NCBI RefSeq assembly: GCF_028289625.1
Contig: NZ_JANQOM010000053.1
Location: 2,023 to 66,022 of the forward strand
From: Winogradskyella sp.
GTDB lineage: Bacteria > Bacteroidota > Bacteroidia > Flavobacteriales > Flavobacteriaceae
Direction of reading: 5' to 3'
DNA: 64,000 bases
The notes under the pieces are model-generated. The model ran no database searches and was not told where the DNA came from. It worked only from the letters and a program-made list of their open reading frames with translations. The position numbers and the translations under genes were made by a program. Shown here piece after piece: positions 1-9,162 of this stretch; the stretch's first letter is position 1; every line of letters begins with the position of its first letter.

Positions 1-19
1 AACAAAATAAAAAGCCAGC

Positions 20-187
20 AGGTAACAACGGCTATAATTCATTGCGGTTGAATTCCTAATCAAAATTCAACGCTTTTTTGCTAAATTTATGGTTACGGCA
101 GAATGATACTCGCGTACCATTCCGTAACGACACGAGAGACTGAAGGTCTCGAACTGACGGAGTAAACCATAGCCAAAACCGTTAGGT
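20..187 (+). repeat. attC-like site 0 (family A)
   Basis: Left box AGGTAAC (20-26), L'' GGCTATAA, L' CCATAGCC, spacer AAAACC, right box GTTAGGT (181-187). Internal stem TTACGG..AATG/CATT..CCGTAA. Confidence 0.75.
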
Positions 188-206
188 GCAATACTTAGAA
201 TCAGCC

Positions 207-812
207 ATGAGAATTCGAATCCTTCTATTATTATTTCTTTCAATTCTAAGTTGTAATCAACCTAAAAATAAGAAATCAGAAACTGTAGAGAAACCAGAGC
301 CTGAAGTTATTATTGAGAAAAAAGTAGAATTCGAATATAACTCACTTTATATATCAGACTCTTTTGATTTTCCTGTTGGTAAGCCAGATGCCAGTGGATA
401 TTACAATGCCCAAAAGTTCGGCGAAAACTTGCATTTAGGTGATGACTGGAATGCTATAACTGGAGGAAATTCGGACTTAGGTGATCCTATTTACTCAATT
501 GCAAATGGATATGTCAAATATGCTCAAGACTATGGTGGTGGATGGGGAAATGTCATAAGAGTTATTCATAAAATGCCGAATGGAAAAATGGTAGAATCTC
601 TTTATGCGCATTGCGATACAATATTAGTTAAAGAAAAGCAATGGATTACAAAAGGAATGAAAATAGGAACGATTGGAAATGTAGATGGACAATATTTTGC
701 GCATTTACATTTTGAAATTCGAGATGATTTGGATTTACCTATAGGTTATGGGTATTCTGATAATACCAAAGGATATTTGGATCCAACAGAATTTATAAAA
801 GAAAACAGATAA
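207..812 (+). CDS. M23/LytM-family metallopeptidase, lipoprotein
   Basis: ORF 186..812 trimmed to the first ATG, because the GTG at 186 lies inside the attC right box. Signal LSILSC. HxxxD (HLGDD) and HxH (HLHFE) motifs of M23 peptidases. Confidence 0.85.
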   Translation: MRIRILLLLFLSILSCNQPKNKKSETVEKPEPEVIIEKKVEFEYNSLYISDSFDFPVGKPDASGYYNAQKFGENLHLGDDWNAITGGNSDLGDPIYSIANGYVKYAQDYGGGWGNVIRVIHKMPNGKMVESLYAHCDTILVKEKQWITKGMKIGTIGNVDGQYFAHLHFEIRDDLDLPIGYGYSDNTKGYLDPTEFIKENR

Positions 813-821
813 CCGTACAGC

Positions 822-954
822 ACCTAACAACGTGTATAGTTAATGCAGCTTGCTGGTTAAGCTGAAGAATTTTTCTTACTTTTATTAAAACATGACTTCC
901 ATCGGAATCATCCTGCGGACGATTCCGCACAAACCATACACGAACACGTTGTAA
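822..954 (+). repeat. attC-like site 1 (family A)
   Basis: GCACCTAAC (820-828) is the exact reverse complement of GTTAGGTGC (181-189). L'' GTGTATAG pairs with L' CCATACAC. Right box GTTGTAA (948-954). Confidence 0.85.
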
Positions 955-960
955 ACAGTT

Positions 961-1158
961 ATGGAAAACGTACTAACATTTTTACTTGGAGCTTTGTTGA
1001 TAGCACTTGGAATTATTTGGTACAATTACGAAAGAAAGAAATTCGTTGCTCAAAGAAAAAATGAAGATTATATGCGAATGTCGTTCACGATTGAATTCAT
1101 TTTAGGTGCATTTATCCTTTTTGCAATTGGAATAAGACTAATTTACGACTCATTTTAA
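961..1158 (+). CDS. small membrane protein (2 TM), unknown family
   Basis: 65-aa ORF with two hydrophobic helices. First gene of a two-gene cassette. Confidence 0.5.
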   Translation: MENVLTFLLGALLIALGIIWYNYERKKFVAQRKNEDYMRMSFTIEFILGAFILFAIGIRLIYDSF

Positions 1159-1641
1159 ATGAACGAAAACAAAGATTATTTTAAAATCTCTAAAAATGGA
1201 AGTATTCACACTTTGAGTGACCGAATTCCATTTAACTGGAAAGAACTAATGATTTGGACTTCTGCTTCATTCATTTTCCTGATTTGGTTTCTCGGAATTG
1301 GAATAGGAATTTTTGTAGCAATTTTAACTTTAATCGGATATACATTTTACCGATTTACTTCTTGGATTTACTACACGGAATTAAAAATTGACGAGCAAAC
1401 TGGAAAAATAACCCGACTAAAAAAAATACTCAACCGAACTCAAAAAACGGAATTAATTGCAGATAAATTTGACCCAACCCGATTTGAGTATTCGGAATTG
1501 ACTCGTAGCGGAAAAACAAAATTCTTAATGAATTATAGAACACATAAAAATAATGAATTACTGATTCTAAAGAATAAAGCTGATAAAGAACTTATTATAA
1601 AATACATTGCGGAAAAAATAACTGGTTACAACAATGCATAA
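1159..1641 (+). CDS. membrane protein, unknown family
   Basis: 160-aa ORF that starts immediately after the previous stop. Two adjacent TM helices and a basic C-terminal domain. The attC left box lies in its last codons. Confidence 0.55.
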   Translation: MNENKDYFKISKNGSIHTLSDRIPFNWKELMIWTSASFIFLIWFLGIGIGIFVAILTLIGYTFYRFTSWIYYTELKIDEQTGKITRLKKILNRTQKTELIADKFDPTRFEYSELTRSGKTKFLMNYRTHKNNELLILKNKADKELIIKYIAEKITGYNNA

Positions 1642-1809
1642 CCGCAATTTGCTGCCGCCAGTTCGCTCCGCTCTTGTCGGCAGATTCGCCTACCCTTCGA
1701 CAAGCTCAGCAAAGGCCAAGCGAATCCACTCGGAATTGCTAAAGTCTGGGCTTAACCGAAAAACAGTAACTTAAAATCCGTAACTGACGGTTATACGAGA
1801 CCGTTGTGC
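1626..1809 (+). repeat. attC-like site 2 (family B, 184 bp)
   Basis: TTACAAC (1626-1632) complements GTTGTAA (948-954). Internal stems CTGCCG/CGGCAG and GATTCGC/GCGAATC. L'' CATAACCG pairs with L' CGGTTAT. Right box GTTGTGC (1803-1809). Confidence 0.8.
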
Positions 1810-1834
1810 TTAATTTAACCCAAACAAAAACATA

Positions 1835-2992
1835 ATGAAAAATTATTCAAAAAAAATATTTTTACTTGTTCTATCTCTAACTCTAATCCATTGCTCAAGC
1901 GGCAATGATTCATCGGAAAACCCTCAAAATAATGATGATTATTTTGTTCAAATGTTTTCTGGGATAGTACGCTTTGGCTTTGAAACTATACCAAATGACA
2001 ATTCAATTTACATAAGAACAAATATTGAGACCCTTGTAGCAGAATTCATAAGAATAGATGAATCTGGAAATACTACAACTACTGATATTTCTTCTATCGC
2101 ATTTAATAATAGTGCTTACATAGATGCCATTTTTTATGATTTTAATAACCAAATTAATATTGTAGTACTGGAAGAAGTAAATCCATCCGAATCAAATATT
2201 AAAATGATATCATTAGATTATAATGGTACTTTGATTAATCAACAAACACTTGAAACTAACACTATTTACACAAATCTAAGAATTCATTCAAATGGATTCT
2301 TAGCATATACTGAGATTTCTGATTTGCAGGAACACACTCTAAATTATAAGATATTTAATCAGTCAGGAAATCCTGTAAATACTCAAATAATCGATTTTGG
2401 TGCAGACAATCCTAGAATTGATGATGTCTATTTTGAAAACAATAATGTTTTCGTAATTGGTAAAAATAATTGGATGCAAGGACAAGGTTATACTAACCAG
2501 ATATGCAGAGTTTATAATAGTAATGGAGAGTTAATTAACAGCCATAGTTTTGATTTCATTTATAATAGCAACAACGTATTAAGAGTGTTAAACAATAGAA
2601 TCCATCGTTCATATAATGCTGGACTAGGTACTGAAATGGAAGTTTATGATATTGATGGAGTTTTAATTAACGCTACAACTTTAAATCATTTGCTTAATTT
2701 TAGTTACAATTCTATTGGGCAATTTATGTACGTAGAATATAATAGTACATTAAACAAAAACCTTGATTTTAAAATTTTAGACTCTCAATTAGAATCCGAA
2801 ATCTATTCTAGAAATTTTGGTGCTGATAATAGCACAGGTAATACTGGAACAACTTGGGTATTTTCGATTAAAGAAACCGAAAATTTCTACAAAGTATTTG
2901 GTCAAACTACGGCACCAAAGAATGGTGATTTTGATTTACCAGAAAACTCAAGTAGCTTCGATGATTATCTAGCTCGATTCAATAAAAACTAA
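1835..2992 (+). CDS. hypothetical lipoprotein
   Basis: 385-aa ORF with signal LTLIHCSSG. Asn/Ser/Thr-rich and repeat-like. No family recognised. Confidence 0.6.
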   Translation: MKNYSKKIFLLVLSLTLIHCSSGNDSSENPQNNDDYFVQMFSGIVRFGFETIPNDNSIYIRTNIETLVAEFIRIDESGNTTTTDISSIAFNNSAYIDAIFYDFNNQINIVVLEEVNPSESNIKMISLDYNGTLINQQTLETNTIYTNLRIHSNGFLAYTEISDLQEHTLNYKIFNQSGNPVNTQIIDFGADNPRIDDVYFENNNVFVIGKNNWMQGQGYTNQICRVYNSNGELINSHSFDFIYNSNNVLRVLNNRIHRSYNAGLGTEMEVYDIDGVLINATTLNHLLNFSYNSIGQFMYVEYNSTLNKNLDFKILDSQLESEIYSRNFGADNSTGNTGTTWVFSIKETENFYKVFGQTTAPKNGDFDLPENSSSFDDYLARFNKN

Positions 2993-3110
2993 GCACAACA
3001 ACGTGTATAACTCATTGCAGCTGAATTCCTAATTGAAGTTCATTAACTTTTGGTTACGGCAGAAAATCAGCTATGATTTTCCACAACAAGCCATACACAA
3101 AACTTTGGCT
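2993..3110 (+). repeat. attC-like site 3 (family A, right box degenerate)
   Basis: AAGCACAAC (2991-2999) is the exact reverse complement of GTTGTGCTT (1803-1811). L'' GTGTATAA pairs with L' CCATACAC. Stem GAAAATC/GATTTTC. The right-box position reads TTTGGCT (3104-3110), so the first G is lost. Confidence 0.75.
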
Positions 3111-3160
3111 AACATTTACGCAACCTTTTGAGAAAATCGCATCTTAAAATAAATTAAAGT

Positions 3161-3619
3161 ATGAGAAAATTAATCTTGATTTTATTTTTAGCTACTTCAT
3201 GTGAAATTAAAATGGATAATGATTTCCCTTTGTCAGTATCTAACAATTCGGAAACATCCATTAACGTATATTTTAATACTGACCAAAACTTTCAATATAT
3301 ATATCCTGATTCTACAATCACAAATTTTGAAAATAGAATTAGTGAAAAAATTTTGCCTAGTCAGATAATTGCTGTTTCAGGAGGAAGTTCTCACTGGGAA
3401 AGTATTTTTGAAATTAATGTGCCTAACGATACTTTATCTATGTTTATAATAAATTCTGATACATTAAATTTATACAATTTGGGCGAAATTGGTTCCACAT
3501 ATAATATTTTAAAACGCTATGACTTAAGCTTGAGTAACTTAAAAGATTTAGACTTCATTGTTAGTTACCCACCAACACTAGAAATGGAAAACATTAGACA
3601 ATACCCTGAATTTGAATAA
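3161..3619 (+). CDS. hypothetical lipoprotein
   Basis: 152-aa ORF with signal LFLATSC. No family recognised. Confidence 0.55.
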   Translation: MRKLILILFLATSCEIKMDNDFPLSVSNNSETSINVYFNTDQNFQYIYPDSTITNFENRISEKILPSQIIAVSGGSSHWESIFEINVPNDTLSMFIINSDTLNLYNLGEIGSTYNILKRYDLSLSNLKDLDFIVSYPPTLEMENIRQYPEFE

Positions 3620-3628
3620 AAAACGATT

Positions 3629-3785
3629 TGCCAACAACGTGTATAGCTCATTACGGCTGAAATTCCTAATACCTACGCTAAAGCTTCGGTGTTAGATGCG
3701 GAATTCATTGCAATTTGCTATCTTTCGGTTACGGTGGAAAATTCTAGCAGATTTCCACAACGAACCATACACAAGACCGTTGTGC
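3629..3785 (+). repeat. attC-like site 4 (family A, 157 bp)
   Basis: Left box TGCCAAC (3629-3635) complements TTGGC at 3105-3109. L'' GTGTATAG pairs with L' CCATACAC. Right box GTTGTGC (3779-3785). Confidence 0.8.
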
Positions 3786-3798
3786 AACATTAGTAAAA

Positions 3799-4302
3799 AT
3801 GGAAAAAATAAGAAGGCAACTGACTTTGTTCCTTAATGAACCGAATGGTATTATCGAGAAAATTCGTGCCGAATTTAATCCAAAACAATACAGACTGATA
3901 TCTGCACATGTAACACTCTGTCGCGAAGACGAAATTGAACCGATTGAAAATATTATTTCAAGAATAAAGTCTATTGAATTAGAAAAAACAATCCGAATTG
4001 AATTTGGAAAAGCAGAACGGTTTTCGAACGGAAAAGGCGTTTGTATTTCATCCTTAGACCATAACAATGAATTTAAAGAATTAAGAAAATTAGTTCTAGG
4101 ACAAACCGAATTGGAAAAAGAGCAAGTTCCTCATATAACACTAATGCACCCAAGAAATTCGACTTGTACTAATGACATATTTGAGAGAATTGAAAAATAT
4201 GACTTACCAACTGAATTGAATTTTGGGAAAATTAGTCTAATCGAGCAAAGAAATGGTGGAAAATGGAAGGTATTACAGGAATTTGGAATTGTAAAAAAAT
4301 AA
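3799..4302 (+). CDS. 2H phosphoesterase superfamily protein (LigT/2'-5' RNA ligase-like)
   Basis: 167 aa with two H-x-T-x motifs (HVTL and HITL) at the spacing typical of 2H phosphoesterases. Confidence 0.7.
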   Translation: MEKIRRQLTLFLNEPNGIIEKIRAEFNPKQYRLISAHVTLCREDEIEPIENIISRIKSIELEKTIRIEFGKAERFSNGKGVCISSLDHNNEFKELRKLVLGQTELEKEQVPHITLMHPRNSTCTNDIFERIEKYDLPTELNFGKISLIEQRNGGKWKVLQEFGIVKK

Positions 4303-4306
4303 CGTT

Positions 4307-4463
4307 GCACAACAACGGCTATAGTTCATTGCGGCTGAATTCCTAACACCTACGCTAAAGCTTCGGTGTTCGATGCGGAATTCATTGCAATTTGCTATCT
4401 TACGGTTACGGCGGAAAATCGGCTATGATTTCCCGCAACGAGCCATACACAAAACCGTTGTAA
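4307..4463 (+). repeat. attC-like site 5 (family A, 157 bp)
   Basis: GTTGCACAAC (4304-4313) is the exact reverse complement of GTTGTGCAAC (3779-3788). Near-copy of site 4, with a covarying internal stem (GCGGAAAAT/ATTTCCCGC). Right box GTTGTAA (4457-4463). Confidence 0.85.
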
Positions 4464-4478
4464 GCCATTAGAACGAAC

Positions 4479-4958
4479 ATGACGATAAGAAAACTAAGAG
4501 ATACTGAATCGGACTTTCTAGCAGAAATGTTATATGAAGCGATTTTTATTCCAGAAGGACATGACCCTTTACCAAAAGAAATCCTTAAAGAAAAATCATT
4601 ATCCAAGTACTTTGAAAATTGGGGAAAAGATAAGTTTGACATTGCTTTGGTAGTGGAATCTGACAATGAACTTGTCGGAGCAATATGGGGACGACTTTTC
4701 ACAGGTGAGAGCAAAGGGTTTGGATATGTGGACAACAAAACACCAGAAATCAGTATGGCAGTTCAACATGAATATCGAAATCAAGGAATTGGAACCGAAT
4801 TGATTAATGCAATCGCTTCTGAGTATCAAAGAATCAACGTGGATTATTTGTCGCTTAGTGTAGACAAGGCAAACAAAGCTGCAAATTTGTACAAACGCCA
4901 TGGCTTTGAGATAGTGGCGGAGAATAAAACAGATTGGACCATGAAAAAACAGATATGA
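4479..4958 (+). CDS. GNAT-family N-acetyltransferase
   Basis: 159 aa with acetyl-CoA binding motif Q/RxxGxG (RNQGIGTELI) and a C-terminal YKRHGF. Confidence 0.85.
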   Translation: MTIRKLRDTESDFLAEMLYEAIFIPEGHDPLPKEILKEKSLSKYFENWGKDKFDIALVVESDNELVGAIWGRLFTGESKGFGYVDNKTPEISMAVQHEYRNQGIGTELINAIASEYQRINVDYLSLSVDKANKAANLYKRHGFEIVAENKTDWTMKKQI

Positions 4959-5025
4959 AAAAAATTGACAGAATGATGACCAATATTTGTTCAGAGAACC
5001 AAATAACTAAAGTAGTGATAAGGTA

Positions 5026-5379
5026 ATGAAAGGGCAAATTTTCTTTTACTTAGGTCTCTCCCTTATGGCAATGCACGAAATGGATGCTATCCGTTGCAAA
5101 GAGTGGCGAATATTTCCAGGACTTTCAATGCTTGATGACAAAGTTGGACATATTTTATTTCTCTTTGCTCACATTCCTCTGTTTTACTTTATATTTTGGA
5201 AACTAACCAATAACAAAAATATTGAATCATTTATCTACGGCTTTGACATTTTTATGATTGTGCATTTAGGACTTCATATACTATTTCTAAAACACAAAAA
5301 CAATGAATTTAAGGATTGGATTTCTTGGTCAATAATTGTCGGTGCAGGACTTTGTGGACTAATAGACTTAGTGATATGA
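5026..5379 (+). CDS. membrane protein (4 TM), unknown family
   Basis: 117-aa hydrophobic ORF in the same cassette as the GNAT gene. Confidence 0.5.
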   Translation: MKGQIFFYLGLSLMAMHEMDAIRCKEWRIFPGLSMLDDKVGHILFLFAHIPLFYFIFWKLTNNKNIESFIYGFDIFMIVHLGLHILFLKHKNNEFKDWISWSIIVGAGLCGLIDLVI

Positions 5380-5478
5380 TATTTGTTACATAAAATAAAC
5401 TAACTACTAAAAGAGAATTGAAGTGCCTTGAAATTCAGCACTACTCATATACGATATAGTTGTAACCAACTTGAGAAA

Positions 5479-6264
5479 ATGTCTAAAGCAAAAGAAAAAA
5501 ATATTGGTTTTAAGAATACGCCTGCAAAAGTGAGAGAGATTGTTTTTGCTCTCAGAGATGGCTTACAAAATACAATTAACGATAAACTTATTGGTTTGTA
5601 CTTGTATGGCTCTCTTGCTTATGATTGCTTTAATCCCGAAATAAGCGACATAGACTTCGTTGTAGTTTTGTCTGAATTACTAACCCTTGAAGAAGAGCAA
5701 AGAATATCTCAACTGCATAAGCATTTGGGCTGTGAACCCAAGTATGGAAAACGTCTCGAAGGGACATATATCACGGAAGAACAGGTAAAATCTGATAATT
5801 ACCCGCCTAATTTCCTTTATTACGTAGAAGGTCATGAATTTGTAAAAGCAAAAAACGGACAAAAAGAGCAAGATTTCCCCATGCATCGCCAGCATTTACA
5901 TGAATCAGGCGTAAGGATTATTGGCTATGATACTCAGAAATTGTTTAAACCTGTGCCGTGGGAGGTATTAAAGCATTCCCTCAAGCAGGAAATGCCATTC
6001 ATCAAAGAACAATTCGAAAAACGACCTATATATGCTGTACTTAATTTGTGCCGAGTAGTTCGAGCATATGAAACTCGGAGACTTTCTTCAAAGAAGCAAG
6101 GCGGTGAATGGGGACTTCAATTTTTACCTGTTAAATTTTATGAATTAATCAAAATTGGACTTAACGGATATACAAACAGAATAACGGACGGACAAAAAGA
6201 ATTCTTAATAGAAAACCTTCCACTTTTCTATGAGTATTGTTTTGAAAGGACAGCTAATAGTTGA
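5479..6264 (+). CDS. nucleotidyltransferase, AadA/ANT-like architecture
   Basis: ORF 5428..6264 (TTG) trimmed to the ATG at 5479. Pol-beta NTase motif LYGS...SDIDFVVV. C-terminal helical domain with FKPVPW and LNLCRV...SKK..GEW, resembling the aminoglycoside adenylyltransferase layout (recalled from memory). Confidence 0.7.
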   Translation: MSKAKEKNIGFKNTPAKVREIVFALRDGLQNTINDKLIGLYLYGSLAYDCFNPEISDIDFVVVLSELLTLEEEQRISQLHKHLGCEPKYGKRLEGTYITEEQVKSDNYPPNFLYYVEGHEFVKAKNGQKEQDFPMHRQHLHESGVRIIGYDTQKLFKPVPWEVLKHSLKQEMPFIKEQFEKRPIYAVLNLCRVVRAYETRRLSSKKQGGEWGLQFLPVKFYELIKIGLNGYTNRITDGQKEFLIENLPLFYEYCFERTANS

Positions 6265-6283
6265 AAAGAAATAAAAAAACTGG

Positions 6284-6341
6284 CTACAACAACACCTATA
6301 CGCAATACCCTTCGGGACACTGCGCATAGCCAACATTGTAG
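6284..6341 (+). repeat. attC-like site 6 (minimal, 58 bp)
   Basis: Layout: CTACAAC, spacer AACAC, CTATACGCA, loop with CCC/GGG stem, TGCGCATAG, spacer CCAAC, ATTGTAG. Classic attC size and architecture. The first base of the right box is A, not G. Confidence 0.8.
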
Positions 6342-6367
6342 AGCACATTAAATCAAACCAAGAACCA

Positions 6368-6931
6368 ATGAACAAAACCATAGTTTTATTATTACTCTTG
6401 ACAATCGGATTTTTATCCTGCAAAAACTCTGAAAAAGAAGTTGACAAAATTGAAATTGTTAAACAATACTTTAAGACTCTTGACAATTCTGACTATTCTA
6501 AAATATCTGATTGGTTTGCTGACAGTTTAACTACAATTGAAGGAGAATATAAACAGGCATATTCTAAAAGCGATTATTTGGGATTTTTAAAATGGGATTC
6601 TGTTTTTGACCCTAACTACGAAATACTTGAAATTGGGCAAAATAATGGAATTGTAAAAGCAAAAATTTCAAAGATGGACAAAAGAATCTCTTTTCTTCAC
6701 GAAGAACCGTTTATAATAAATCAGATAATCAAATTCGAGAACGATAAAATAATTAGTGTTGAAACGGAATACATGGGTTTTAATGAAGCGACTTGGGAAA
6801 GGAATAAAAACGGACTTTTGAGCTGGATTGATGAAAACCATGCTGAATTAAACGGATTTATATACGACCAAACTGAATCTGGAGGAATAAAATTCTTAAA
6901 AGCAATTGAACTGTATAAGAATAAAAAATAA
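6368..6931 (+). CDS. hypothetical lipoprotein
   Basis: 187 aa with signal LTIGFLSC. No family recognised with confidence. Confidence 0.55.
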   Translation: MNKTIVLLLLLTIGFLSCKNSEKEVDKIEIVKQYFKTLDNSDYSKISDWFADSLTTIEGEYKQAYSKSDYLGFLKWDSVFDPNYEILEIGQNNGIVKAKISKMDKRISFLHEEPFIINQIIKFENDKIISVETEYMGFNEATWERNKNGLLSWIDENHAELNGFIYDQTESGGIKFLKAIELYKNKK

Positions 6932-6935
6932 CGTG

Positions 6936-6965
6936 CTACAACAACCTCTATAGCTCATTACCACA
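6936..6965 (+). repeat. truncated attC (left half only)
   Basis: CTACAAC (6936-6942) complements TTGTAG (6336-6341). It is followed by an L''-like CTCTATAGCTCATTACC. There is no right half before the next ATG (6977). Confidence 0.55.
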
Positions 6966-6976
6966 CATTTTTCAAA

Positions 6977-7507
6977 ATGACGAAAAAACAACGAAAAATA
7001 TTCTATGCTATAATTTTCATTTTAGGAATTTTATTAATGATTTGGCAAATCAAAATATATCGGAATACTATGATTGACTTATCAATCTTAATCGGAATTA
7101 TTATTATTGTCGGATTGGTAGCTTTTATTGCAGACTATAAAAATTATGAAAAAACATACGGTCACGAAGGAATTGGACTCTACTTTTATTCTGGAATGCA
7201 GTACATAATTGGATTTGGATTTATTGCTTGCTCAATTTTCACACTATCGAATTACTATTTTGCTGAATCGAAAACCAAAACCGAATCTTACGAAATTATT
7301 GACCGAACTTGGATACAAGGCGGAACGAAATACAGGAGGAATAAAAAACAACCAGTATTCACAATAAATTACGAAGGAAAAAATAAAGAACTTGTTTTTA
7401 ATTCCAATTACTATGAAAAAATGGAACTTTATAAAAGTGTTGAATTTGAAACTAGAGAAGGTTTATTTGGATTTAAAATTCTGGAAAATAAAAAACTGAA
7501 TGAATAA
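6977..7507 (+). CDS. membrane protein, unknown family
   Basis: 176 aa with three TM helices and a soluble C-terminal domain. Confidence 0.5.
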   Translation: MTKKQRKIFYAIIFILGILLMIWQIKIYRNTMIDLSILIGIIIIVGLVAFIADYKNYEKTYGHEGIGLYFYSGMQYIIGFGFIACSIFTLSNYYFAESKTKTESYEIIDRTWIQGGTKYRRNKKQPVFTINYEGKNKELVFNSNYYEKMELYKSVEFETREGLFGFKILENKKLNE

Positions 7508-7514
7508 AAACGTT

Positions 7515-7699
7515 GGGTAACAATGTATAACCTCAATTTGCTGCCCCCTGTTCGCTCCGCTCGTGTCGGCGGATTCGACTACCCTTCGACTTCGCTCAGG
7601 GCAGGTCAAGCGAATCCACTCGGAATTGCTAGCATCAGTTCTAAACCAAAAACCAGTAATTTAAAATCCATAACTAACGATTATACGAGATCGTTTTAG
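7515..7699 (+). repeat. attC-like site 8 (family B, 185 bp)
   Basis: Roughly 80% identical by eye to site 2 (1626-1809) over its full length. Right box GTTTTAG (7693-7699). Confidence 0.8.
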
Positions 7700-7767
7700 C
7701 CAATTAAAACTAAACAATTGCAACGTAGATAGAATTCAATCGTCTTTTTTCCAAAATAAATACAATA

Positions 7768-8964
7768 ATGATAAAAAATCTATTTTGCGTAGCCCTGTTT
7801 TTCTTGATAGTCTTTAGTTGCCAAACTAATCAAGAAGGGACGACAGTCTCAAAAAAAGAAATTAAAGAAACTAAGCAACTAAGTGTTGGTAGGAAACAAA
7901 TGATTAGTTCCACAATTCTAAACGAGGATCGTCCAATTATCATTTCCTTGCCAAAAGATTATGATATATCTGATGCAAAATATCCTGTTTTGTATTTAAC
8001 CGATGGCCTGCAGAATATTTGGCACGCTGTAGGAACACTAGAAGTATTAACAAGAACCGGTAGCATTCCGCCAATGATTGTTGTTGGTATTGAAAGCACA
8101 AATAGAATGCGTGATTTTACACTAACAGTTAGTGAGAACAATCCAGGAAGTGGAGGCGGAAAAAAGTTCTTGGAATTTATTGAAAAAGAATTAATTCCTT
8201 ATGTAGAATCGAATTATAGAACGAATGCCTACCGAGTCTTAGAGGGGCATTCTTTGGGCGGATTATTTACAGCATCAACCTTTATGGAAAATCCAGATTT
8301 GTTTAATAGTTATATAGTGATGAGCCCTTCATTATGGTGGAATGGAGAGGAACTTACGAAGAAAGCTCAAGAATTTTTCAAAACAAATTCTAAGTTAAAG
8401 AACTCATTGTTTTTTGGTATTGGCACTTATGAATCTGGTGCTGAATATGGAATGAGAAAAGAACTCAAAAACTTTGTGGATGTCATATCAGAAAACAAAC
8501 CTAAACAATTAAGATTTGAGCGGAAAGAAATCGAAAAAGAAGGACATATGTCTTCAGTTCTATTATCAAACTATCATGGGCTAAAATTTATTTTTTCTGA
8601 TATGAATTTTCCCGAAAGTCTGTATAAAAACTACACCGATGGAAAATTTTTGGAACACGAAAACTATATAATGGATAAATATGGCGAAGCAGCAAAACAA
8701 TCAGCAGAGTCTTACGTGAATTTAGCCGCCACGTTAAGGCAACAAGAAAAATATCCAGAAGCAATTACTGTACTTAAGAGAAGTGTGTCAGCTTATCCTT
8801 TTGATGTAGGTTTAATGAATTTTTTAGCCAATACATATGAAAAGAATGATGATATTGACTCAGCAATAGCAACTTATAAAAATGCAATAGCAACTTCAAA
8901 GAAAAACAATTACAATCGAGAAGAAGAATTTAAAACTCAAATTGAACGACTTATAAAAAAATAA
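7768..8964 (+). CDS. alpha/beta-hydrolase esterase with C-terminal TPR region
   Basis: 398 aa with a signal peptide, YPVLYLTDG and nucleophile elbow GHSLGG (putative-esterase family). TPR-like C-terminus. Confidence 0.75.
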   Translation: MIKNLFCVALFFLIVFSCQTNQEGTTVSKKEIKETKQLSVGRKQMISSTILNEDRPIIISLPKDYDISDAKYPVLYLTDGLQNIWHAVGTLEVLTRTGSIPPMIVVGIESTNRMRDFTLTVSENNPGSGGGKKFLEFIEKELIPYVESNYRTNAYRVLEGHSLGGLFTASTFMENPDLFNSYIVMSPSLWWNGEELTKKAQEFFKTNSKLKNSLFFGIGTYESGAEYGMRKELKNFVDVISENKPKQLRFERKEIEKEGHMSSVLLSNYHGLKFIFSDMNFPESLYKNYTDGKFLEHENYIMDKYGEAAKQSAESYVNLAATLRQQEKYPEAITVLKRSVSAYPFDVGLMNFLANTYEKNDDIDSAIATYKNAIATSKKNNYNREEEFKTQIERLIKK

Positions 8965-8968
8965 CTGG

Positions 8969-9148
8969 CTATAACAATGGCTATAATTCATTACTAGGAA
9001 AGAATTAAAAAGAAAAACAATTGCTACATTTGAAATCTAAAAACAGCAACCCAATTATCGATTTATGCTGCGCCTCTTTCTAGCTCGACTTGCCTTATCC
9101 GCGTCACAGTTTGAAGACGCAACGACATCAAAGCTGAGACCATTGGTA
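8969..9148 (+). repeat. attC-like site 9 (degenerate right box)
   Basis: TGGCTATAAC (8966-8975) matches the reverse complement of GTTTTAGCCA (7693-7702) at 9/10. L'' GGCTATAATTC. Right end GAGACCATTGGTA, with ATTGGTA (9142-9148) in place of GTT... Confidence 0.6.
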
Positions 9149-9162
9149 ATTATTAAACTAAA

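Noticed and set aside
186-206. GTG start at 186 for the M23 peptidase ORF
   Set aside because: The GTG is part of the attC right box (GTTAGGTGC). The ATG at 207 gives a canonical lipoprotein signal.
3744-4738. Minus-strand ORFs 3744..4067 and 4406..4738
   Set aside because: They are antisense to well-supported + CDSs and run through attC sites 4 and 5. Their composition is low-complexity. They are judged spurious.
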